Of a DNA stretch of 64,000 bases, positions 55,973 to 64,000 are shown piece after piece. Below the pieces are notes generated by a model that worked only from the letters and a program-made list of their open reading frames with translations, did no database searches and had not been told where the DNA came from. The stretch is from Gammaproteobacteria bacterium (GTDB lineage: Bacteria; Pseudomonadota; Gammaproteobacteria; Ga0077536), in assembly GCA_963662545.2 (NCBI GenBank), contig CAXXLL010000003.1:2496001-2560000 (forward strand). The letters are read 5' to 3'. Numbering within the stretch: position 1 is the stretch's first letter; each line of letters starts with the position of its first letter. A program made the position numbers and the translations under genes.

Positions 55973-56501
55973 ATGAACTGGGATGCTATCGGTGCTTTGA
56001 GTGAACTGCTCGGTGCAACAGCAGTTGTTGTGTCAATAATCTATCTCGCACTACAGGTGAGACAAAATTCGAGCCATGTCCGCAGTAGCGGGTATCAGAT
56101 GGCGGCTCAATCGGCAAATCACTTTTTGGAAAGTCTATCGGCGCACCCTGAGGCGTTGAAGGTTTTCCACGCGGCTCAGGAGTCCTATGACGGCCTAGAC
56201 GACGACGATCAACTCGTAGCTCGAACAGTATTCTTGCAACTGTTCATCTATTACGAAGCTTTGTTTTACCAGTATGAAGACCGCGTCGTGGATCTCGATA
56301 TCTGGGAGGTTTTACCAGTATGAAGACCGCGTCGTGGATCTCGATATCTGGGAGGGGCGAAGGAAGATGATGCTCAACCTCCTACAAATGCCAGGCGTAG
56401 CGTCATGGTGGGGAACCTGGCGACCAATCTTTGGCGCGAAATTCCAGTCGTACGTCGCGGAGAACATGGAATCACCGAGTGATTTGCATTTGACATTTTG
56501 A
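55973..56501 (+). pseudogene. 'MNW' family protein 4, frameshifted by 46-bp tandem duplication
   Basis: MNWDAIGALSELLGA..; 56263-56308 repeated at 56309-56354; PGVASWW..FQSYV in the second frame. Confidence 0.8.
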
Positions 56502-56751
56502 GCAGATCGGCATATCTGTTCGGGAAACGACGATCGTTAGTCGGCTATCCGACTCGACCTCGCATGCACCTTCGTCCCCCGCCAGCTAGCAATGACGGTA
56601 TTGGGTCGGCAGCGGCCTTATCGCGGCAGTGCAACGCTGTTCAAGATTAGGTCTGCAATCCTCTCGAAAGCGGACTCGGGCGGCTTGGAAGCCACGTACG
56701 TCACGGTCGCCGCAGCACCCCTATTATTTATGCTGTGCGTTCGCTACAGTT

Positions 56752-56851
56752 TCCTAACTTCTCAGTGGAATCAAATGGAACGGCATACAAACCGCGCGCC
56801 CGTATGTTCATTAATAACGGGGCAATATGGCCCGTACATTAGCTGTTAGGC
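56752..56851 (+). repeat. Degenerate attC-like site
   Basis: CCTAAC ... GTTAGGC immediately before gene 56868; internal pairing weak. Confidence 0.5.
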
Positions 56852-56867
56852 GGCAAGGGAACCTTCG

Positions 56868-57338
56868 ATGAATTGGGAAGCGGTTGGAGTAATTGTAGAA
56901 ACAGTCGGAACGATTGTTGTCCTTGTTACCCTAATTTACCTGTCAATGCAGATTCGACTAGCGCGTGAAGAATCGCAAGTACAGAGCACATATTCTTCGG
57001 TAAATCTATGGGCTAATTGGCGTTCACACTTAATCAACAACCCTGATATTAGTGAGCTTATAGAGAAAGCGAATGAAGGCCAGGATCTATCTAAAGCGGA
57101 AAAACTTCGAATTTCGACTTTTATGGACGAATTCATATTTACGTCCTATGCCTCCCACGCAACAAGTCAGAAAGGCAACCCACTATATACACGCGATGCA
57201 GAGGTCGAATATTTGGTCGGTTTTCTGGAAGCGAATCCAGGGTTGGAATCTCACTGGGAAAGGCTTCGGGATTATGTTGACGCGTGGGACCCCGAATTTT
57301 CGAAGAAGATAAGAATCCGGCGGGACGAGGTTGACTAA
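56868..57338 (+). CDS. 'MNW' family protein 5
   Basis: MNWEAVGVIVETVGTIVVLVTLIYLSMQIR; closest by eye to 46445 (WR..P.., NP...W....PEF). Confidence 0.85.
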   Translation: MNWEAVGVIVETVGTIVVLVTLIYLSMQIRLAREESQVQSTYSSVNLWANWRSHLINNPDISELIEKANEGQDLSKAEKLRISTFMDEFIFTSYASHATSQKGNPLYTRDAEVEYLVGFLEANPGLESHWERLRDYVDAWDPEFSKKIRIRRDEVD

Positions 57339-57608
57339 CGTGACATGGTCAGAATATCGGTTGGTTTCTCCGGGTGTGCGGCGCAGCCGCGTAGATTCAA
57401 AGTCGAAGTGCAACAACGCGAGCAAGACAGGATGTCCCAGACTTCGTTAAACACCCCGTCACCTATAAGTCGTTGGAGCGGTCGTGTTACAGCGGGCTTT
57501 TCTTCCGCGGCTGTCGCATTATCGCTTCAGAAAAGCGCACTGTAACGCGCCGCTCAACTTTGCACTATGCCGCAATCGTTCCATCTAGATTCTTACAGGA
57601 ACAAAACC

Positions 57609-58050
57609 ATGAGAAGAACCCCGCTAATCATTAAACCGGAAACTTATCAATCTCCATTGAATGTCGTAGGTACGAACGTAACAGTGCTCGCTTCAAAACA
57701 AGACACAAAGGGACAGGAATTCACGTATCAGTCCGGAGACAAAGGCATGGGACCTCCGCCTCATAGCCACGACTGGGATGAATCATTTTTCGTGATTAAA
57801 GGAAGCGTTGAAATCACCTGTGATGGAAGGACCGAACTGTGCACACCAGGCACACTTTTTCGTGCCGGGTGGAACGATACATGCGTTCAAATACGGCCCC
57901 GATGGCGGCGAAATGCTGGAAATAACAGGCTCCGGGAGCATAGCTGCTCAAATGTTCACGGCGCTCGACAATGAAGTTCCGCCAGGTCCGCCGAACATAG
58001 AAAAGATCGTAGAAGTAATGAACAGAAATGGGGTCACTGTGCATTCATAA
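57609..58050 (+). pseudogene. Cupin-domain protein, frameshift at T-run ~57856
   Basis: GPPPHSHDWDESF..G; VPGGTIHAF in the next frame. Confidence 0.75.
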
Positions 58051-58158
58051 TGCAGCATAACGGGTCGTTGGAGGCGGACGCTTGACAGTGGCATTCCCTA
58101 CGCCGCCGCTCCGTTCCGTCGCCGTCGCCGTCGAGTGCGGCTCATGGGAGCGTAAGGT
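58034..58158 (+). repeat. Degenerate attC-like site (another at ~58687-58780)
   Basis: GCATAAC right after stop codon, CGCTTGAC box, GC-rich imperfect palindrome. Confidence 0.5.
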
Positions 58159-58169
58159 GAACTAGAGAT

Positions 58170-58679
58170 ATGGCTGTACCGGAAGACTTCTATGTCATTG
58201 CTCAGATCGCGGTCACCTTAATGGGATTTACCGGGATCGTCGGTGCTCTTCAGACCCGCGGAGGCGCAGTACTCGACGAACGAGAGAAGTTCCATATCGT
58301 TAATCTGCTAACGACTTCGACGCTTGTACTTTTTCTTGCCTTTGTTCCGACATGGCTGCAGTCGCTTCCTGGCAGTGACGAGAACCTTTGGGCGTGGTCA
58401 ATTCGAGTGCTCTTGGCCATACACATTTGCGCTTGGATAATTGCTATCCCAACATTCCAACGTGGGAGCATTTTCTTCAATCAGAAATACCGAGCATTTG
58501 AGCGGATGGCTGGATTGACAGTCGCAGTCCTTGGCGTTGTTGCAGTAGGTGCCGAACTTCTAATCGTGGGGGGGCATTACACCGAGTATTCGGTCTTTCT
58601 CTACGAAGGGGTGCTGTTATTGTTTGTGGCTGTATCGGTGTTTAATTTTCTTTCGCTCCTGATAAAGCCGTCGAGATGA
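58170..58679 (+). CDS. Multi-TM membrane protein (paralog of 47822)
   Basis: AQIAVTLMGFTGIVGALQTRGG; ~5 hydrophobic segments. Confidence 0.8.
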   Translation: MAVPEDFYVIAQIAVTLMGFTGIVGALQTRGGAVLDEREKFHIVNLLTTSTLVLFLAFVPTWLQSLPGSDENLWAWSIRVLLAIHICAWIIAIPTFQRGSIFFNQKYRAFERMAGLTVAVLGVVAVGAELLIVGGHYTEYSVFLYEGVLLLFVAVSVFNFLSLLIKPSR

Positions 58680-58799
58680 ACCATTCGCCATAAAAGGCGT
58701 TCAACCTGACGCTTGACCGCGCGCTTCCTGCGCTGCCGCTTCGATAAGCCTTTATCGAGCACCGGTCAGCTTGAACGTTCGTGAAGTCTGCTATAGGGT

Positions 58800-59676
58800 G
58801 TGCGCCGTGCAAAGGCGGCGTTCTTCAGTGGGTGCAAGTCCCACCCGGCAACTGTCGCTCCAGCCGGAAGCAATCGGAGCAGTCATGGAGGTAACAAGAT
58901 GGCTGAAGCCTTCGGTGTAGAGGGTCACTAGGTGACTTGGCGAGTGTGCAGGCCGTAAGGTGAGTGAACGCTGAGCAAGCCTCGAAAAGGACGATGCACG
59001 TGCCGACCGGTCAACCCCTATCGGGAAGGCTGAAAGGGCTGGGGAAGCGAGCGATGAGCGCACCCAGTCGGCGTGCCGGGGTAGTGGCGATGGCATGTAC
59101 ACAGAGGAGAACGCGCGCAACACGGGAAGCCCGATGGCGTGGTCGGTCGTGGCGATCAACCGGAGACCGGTGACGGTCAGAGAGGGCGCTATGGGGTGGC
59201 GGAGAGGCCCGTAGTACTGAGGAAGCCGGGTAATGCTGGTGGAGGGAAGGGGCCTTAGTTCAAGACGGGCACTGAAAGCGGCAAAGCACAGGAGATTGGG
59301 GCAACCCTAGGCAACTCCGGTAAGGTGCGGGCGCGGTGGAAGGCGTCACATGTTGAAGCGAAGGAAGAACCCGGATTGCGATCTGGGAAGCGAATGCCCA
59401 CCCAAGTGGTGGCATTGGCGGTTGTGTGCAGAACGCTCGGTTCGTGCACGCCGGGATACACGGCCCGGTGTGGTGGGTCGGGTGAACTGCGGATGACCTT
59501 TCGTGTGCCAAGGCATGAGTCTTGTCCGAGAGCCGGATGCGGTAGTTCCGCCTGTCCGGTTCGATGAGGAGGATGTGGAAACGGAGTGATGGTCCGGCTA
59601 TTGAGGCACCGCCAGACGAAAGGGGCGGCAACAGATTGGCTGAACCTTAGACCACCGCGCCACATCCTTACTCTAC
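58800..59676 (+). ncRNA. Group II intron with RT ORF internally deleted
   Basis: 5' GTGCG; domain V GAGCCGGATGCGGTAGTTCCGCCTGTCCGGTTC; domain VI ending CTTACTCTAC; only a short RT N-terminal remnant (EAKEEPG). Confidence 0.88.
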
Positions 59677-59793
59677 CGTCAGCGGCCTAATCGCGGCAGC
59701 GCACACTAATTAGCGTTTTGTCTGCAATGCGCTCGTAAGCGGTCGTCCCGCAGCTTTCAGTGGAGCGTTAGCTGAGCAGGGCGGGTCTCGGCC

Positions 59794-59951
59794 TATTCTG
59801 TTGAAAAAGTCCGATTCGCCGTCGGTCGCGACGTGTGCAGAAAAACCGACCGCGTAGGATCGCCTGTAAGCGACGATCGGCACTCCGGGAATGGTTTAGC
59901 GACCCCCAAATATATCGAAATCGTATGCGGTACGACTTTTTCAACACAATA
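59794..59951. mobile_element. MITE (TGTTGAAAAA ends), related to 61690
   Basis: TATTCTGTTGAAAAAGTC...GACTTTTTCAACACAATA. Confidence 0.75.
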
Positions 59952-60240
59952 GTCCGTCAGCGGCCGAATCGCGGCGGTGCAGCACCGTTAGAGTTTACGT
60001 CTGCAATCCCCTCGTAAGCGGTCGTCGAGATGCTTCAAGCGTCGAGTTGAGAGAGCACCAATAAATCCACGTCTATCACTCCTTTAATCTCCTGCCGTCT
60101 GATTAGCAGGAGAAGGGTTAAACGTGGGTCAGTTTTGGGTGCAAATACCCGGGGCTAGTGGGTCACTTTTGGATGCAAATCTACAGATTAAAGGGTTCTA
60201 CGTGCCGCGCTAATGTCCCCGCAGCTTCACCAACCTCCGG

Positions 60241-60786
60241 TCACAATGCACAAACGCGCGGTTCCCAAACCGCGAGGAAACGCTCGAAGCCAATCCCAAC
60301 GGCAATGACATGGGCCAACTCAACGATTTCGGCGTCATTGAATTCGTGGCGCAAAAGCTCGAAGAAATCGTCATCGAGTCCTTCGGGTTCAATGCCGAGT
60401 TTCTCTGCAAACTTCAAGGCCAGCTTTTCACGACGCGTCAAACATTCGCTCACCTCATAAGTCCCAATCGCCGCGATCTTTTGTTTGGTTAGCTGCGGGA
60501 CGGGCGGCCGTGGGGTGGCCAAGCGTGGCACTGATGACTTCGCGATATACGCGGAGCAATCGTTGTTCTGCGCGATCTTCATTCGCACTAACTCTTTCAA
60601 GTCCCGCTCGAGTTTGCCGTTCTCCAACATATTGACGTAGGCAGCGAAAATGGGTTCAAACACTTCCTGCTTATGCGCAAAGATTTTAAGACCGTTGGCG
60701 TAATTTGAATCGAACTCGAACTTATCGACCAGCGATGCCATAGCCGGGCTTAGTTTGGTTTTATCCAAGGGGGTTGGTGCAGTCAT
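60241..60786 (-). CDS. AhpD/carboxymuconolactone decarboxylase-like protein (single motif Cys)
   Basis: LKELVRMKIAQNNDCSAY, REKLALKFAE, F.DAEIVEL. Confidence 0.85.
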   Translation of the reverse strand: MTAPTPLDKTKLSPAMASLVDKFEFDSNYANGLKIFAHKQEVFEPIFAAYVNMLENGKLERDLKELVRMKIAQNNDCSAYIAKSSVPRLATPRPPVPQLTKQKIAAIGTYEVSECLTRREKLALKFAEKLGIEPEGLDDDFFELLRHEFNDAEIVELAHVIAVGIGFERFLAVWEPRVCAL

Positions 60787-60841
60787 GACAGTCGGTCCTT
60801 TGTGTTGGAGACTCGTTGGAGAAATACCCGTTCTTTGCTGT

Positions 60842-61363
60842 TCATGCTTCTTCAGGCTTGAAGACTGAAAGCAGGCGGCCCCACCCGATACATACGCTGA
60901 TCACAATTGAAAGTTCGACAATCTCCGGCTCCGAAAACTCTTCGCCCAGCAGTGCAAAGAAATTGTCATCGATTGCCCGGTGTTCGATCCCCATCTTTTC
61001 CGCGAACTTTAGCGCGAGCTTTTCACGCCGCGTTAAGATCTCGCTAACTTCGAAATTTTCGATTTCTTTGATTTTTTCTTCCGTCAAACCCTTATCCATC
61101 ACCGATGGATATCGCAACTTTCGTCAGGTGAAGCAGTCGTTGTTATAAGCGATTTTGATGCGCATCATCTCCTTCAGCCGGGAGTCGACCAGGCCGCCTT
61201 CAAACATGTCGACGTAGGCCGTCCACATCGGTTCGACGAACTCCTGACTGTGCGCAAAGACCTTAAGACCCGCGTGGTATCCGGGATCAAACTTGACGCG
61301 ATCCACCAACTCCGCCATGCCGGGTGTCAGATATCGCTCTTCTATGGGTTCCAACCGTGCCAT
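60842..61363 (-). CDS. AhpD-like probable selenoprotein (CxxU)
   Basis: NNDCFT-TGA-RKLRYP in one frame; aligns along its length with 60241 paralog; hairpin 61093-61111. Confidence 0.8.
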
Positions 61364-61529
61364 GAATTCCTTCCAGGGGCCGTTAAGGCACCAATTTGTC
61401 AGGTGGCCGTATCCGAGTTGTGTATTTCTCGGAACGGAGAATGTGTCTCCTTATATAGCCTCTGGGTGGTGGATTTGGCAACTTGTTTAAGGCCAATGCT
61501 CATGCCGATTAGCCTAGATCCGCGAGCGA

Positions 61530-61628
61530 TGCATATTCCAGCCCAAGCCGATCACTCATTCCGGTGCAAGCCGATCACCCATTCCAGCTGATGCCGATCA
61601 CCGATTCCGGCTGATGCCGATCACTTTT
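61530..61628 (+). mobile_element. IS21-family end remnant (tandem GCCGATCAC repeats); another IS21-like end at 60120-60185
   Basis: TGCATATTCC then four ~23-bp units. Confidence 0.65.
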
Positions 61629-61689
61629 GAGTACGTGGGAGGATTTTGTGCCAGGTCTTGCCTTTTGCCATCAATGTCGGCTTCGGGTC

Positions 61690-61838
61690 TATTGTGTTGA
61701 AAAACTCCCTCAACAGATGGTTTAGCCAAATTTAGGGGGTGCTCAAACCATTACCTGAAGTCCGATCGTCGCTTACGCGCGATCCTGTGAGGTCCAATTT
61801 CTCGGAGCAATGGGCGAACCGAGTTTTTCAACAGAATA
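61690..61838. mobile_element. MITE in repeat core, GGTC direct repeats
   Basis: GGTC|TATTGTGTTGAAAAACTC...GAGTTTTTCAACAGAATA|GGTC. Confidence 0.8.
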
Positions 61839-61993
61839 GGTCGTCAGCGGCCGAATCGCGGCAGTGCAGCAATGCTAGAGGTTAGGTCTGCAATTCCCTC
61901 GTAAGCGGTCGTTTGGCTTCCGAAAGCGTCATTGATTGAACTGACTTCGGCTCGCGGCCATAAGGTAAACTGCAAGCCCGCGAGGTCTAATCA

Positions 61994-62323
61994 TTGGTCA
62001 ACTGCCGTAAATGCGGAGAGAGGTTGCCGTTCCGGAGTTTTCTGTTTTCTCCGGGTCTGTCTGTGGCGGATCTGAAATGCCCTTTCTGCCATCTCGTGAT
62101 GCGTGCTGGTCGGCAGAGTAAACAAACGATCTGGCTAGGAATACTGGCTGGCGGCATAGTCAGCGCGGTTGGTGCGCATTGGGCCTACTACGTGCAGGGT
62201 TGGAATCGCGGTTCCAGTGCCGGAGTTGTATTGGCCATTGCGATTATCGTTGGCGTGGCGCTGACATGTTATTCGTGGATCAAAGACGACTACGATGCGA
62301 ATACGAACTCAGCCCGCGAATAA
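61994..62323 (+). CDS. Small Zn-ribbon + 2-TM hypothetical protein
   Basis: CRKC..CPFC followed by two hydrophobic segments. Confidence 0.55.
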   Translation: MVNCRKCGERLPFRSFLFSPGLSVADLKCPFCHLVMRAGRQSKQTIWLGILAGGIVSAVGAHWAYYVQGWNRGSSAGVVLAIAIIVGVALTCYSWIKDDYDANTNSARE

Positions 62324-63150
62324 GGACCTAATCTCTCCAAAACCCATTAAACCGATTCGCCGCTAACTTCGCGTAACTGACCGTGTGCCGAATAGCAGTG
62401 CACTACTTCCCTCCGGAGGGAATAAATCTATGAGGAGCGCGGATGCTTGCCCCCTCTATCAAATTTGCGGAGGGGCTCTAGCAGCAGACAGCGGCGTCGA
62501 GATCGATCCCCACCCCCCGGGGGCCAGGGTTGCGACTTGGACACATAAAAATTGCGCCTAGGCGACAATGTTTGACGGTATTGATGACGGTATCTGGAAC
62601 AGTAACCACCGTCAGACCTATTAAATTCAATCGGTTAAACTGTGTAAGTATCTACAAGTACGTTAAGTACGATTGAGGGCAGCGGTCGATAATTTTCAGA
62701 TACGAATAATTTTCGGTAAAAAAAGCGTTCCCGCGGAAACGTAATTTTTGGCCGGGAGCAGGCCATTTTATTGAAAACACTGTTTTCAATAAAATGGTAG
62801 CGTGCTTAAGCGCCTTGCAAGAACTCGATTCGTGTACGGTTCCCGGGCACATCGGCGAGCCTTTGATCGCGGGCGGGTAAGTCAGCGTCGAGAGCTTCAC
62901 CGAGCGCGACGTAGGCGGCGCGCAAAAGGTGTCCCCCGATATCGGGCCAACTCCACCTGACAGTTCATCGTGACGACTTTTCTACCCGTCACTTTGCCCA
63001 GCTTATCTCGAGCGCAGCCATCGTAAACAGGCGGGCCGGCGCAGTCCTCTGCAGTCATACATGACCGCCGTGAAATGGCTTAGCATGTTCCGGATCGATC
63101 AAGATGGTGCACAGGAGGGAGAGCCAATAATGCCCGTCGCTTCGCAACCG

Positions 63151-64000
63151 GAGTTATTGTCAAAAGTGGTGTTCAGGCGGTTGAATCAAGCGGCGACCTG
63201 ATTGACCCTTGTCACCTCGATACCATCTTCAAATTTAACTCCAGTAATCACCTTGGCCAGGTAGTCGAATCCACGTAGGCGTCGCCAATTCTTCTGCGCA
63301 CACCGCCCCAGCTTGAACATCATATGGAGCATGCCGTCCCGAGAGAGACCGCCCTTGGAGCGCCGGGTCCGGTGCCGGATCGTAGCGAAGGTGGATTCAA
63401 TCGGATTGCTCGTGCGAATGCTTTGCCAATGTGGTGCCGGAAAATCATAGAACGCCAGCAACTCCTCACGGTCTTTCTGTAGGCACAGGGTCGCCTTGGG
63501 ATACTTCGGTTCATAGGTCTTGAGGAACAGCTCGAACGCCTTCTCGGCGTCGGCCTTTGTCGCGGCCTGCCAGATCGCGTGCAGGGCTTGCTTGGCTTTG
63601 GCCTGTGCCGACTTCGGTAGGCAGTTCAGCACGTTCATCGTCTTGTGCATCCAGCAGCGTTGCTGGCGGGTCTCACCGTAGACTTCCTCCAGTGCGGCCC
63701 AGAAGCCCATGGCACCGTCCCCGATCGCCAGCTTGGGAATATTCATCCCGCGTGACTTCAATTTCAGCAACACCTCGCGCCAGCTCTGCGTGGACTCCCG
63801 CACACCATCCTCCATCGCCAAAAAACGCTTCTCGCCTCGCTCATTGACGCCGATCACCACCAACGCACACAGCTTCGTGTGCTCCGCCCGCAGGCCACTG
63901 TAGACACCGTCCGCCCACACCTACACCCAGCGGTCTTGGTCCAATCGCCCCTCGCACCAGTCGCGGTATTCTTGCGCCCACACCTGCTTCAAGCGCGACA
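63151..64000 (-). mobile_element. IS256 element, second near-identical copy (runs off window)
   Basis: Matches 18750 onward with a few substitutions. Confidence 0.95.

Noticed and set aside
56263-56354. 46-bp tandem duplication as programmed phase variation
   Set aside because: A single exact duplication could equally be a polishing artifact; unsupported without reads.
61546-61626. Tandem ~23-bp repeats resembling a mini-CRISPR
   Set aside because: No unique spacers and no cas genes; begins TGCATATTCC like IS21-family multi-repeat ends.
46150-61960. Multipartite repeats as a CRISPR array
   Set aside because: Copies are degenerate, irregularly spaced and separated by whole genes.

Overview
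Bacterial chromosomal window with Gammaproteobacteria-like synteny. An 8-kb core block on the minus strand (tadA-cinA/pncC-thpR-recA-recX-alaS-lysC-csrA-tRNA-Ser(GCT), ~36.4-44.5 kb) lies between two accessory regions. LEFT (1-36.4 kb, downstream of the tRNA-Ser 3' end): an IS-riddled mosaic (IS91/ISCR, IS6, IS21, IS4, IS256, IS3 remnants, ISNCY/IS5-like) with often truncated catabolic genes, a tRNA-Phe 3'-half att scar, a gene-poor stretch carrying five 11-6-11 Xer/dif-like sites, and an AlpA + primase-helicase satellite-like remnant. RIGHT (44.5-64 kb): an island whose boundary is a 15-bp sequence encoding the guaA-type C-terminus IEWE*, followed by a tyrosine integrase and a cassette-like array. 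The array holds five paralogous 'MNW..' single-TM genes and two paralogous multi-TM genes. They are separated by attC-like hairpins and by a second, co-oriented ~90-150-bp multipartite repeat that I cannot assign to a named family. The cores of that repeat are the insertion points of four TIR-bounded MITE-like elements and an ORF-less group II intron. The island also carries a probable AhpD-like selenoprotein (CxxU plus SECIS-like hairpin) beside a paralog lacking that residue. Protein calls come from motif recognition only; no database searches were run.
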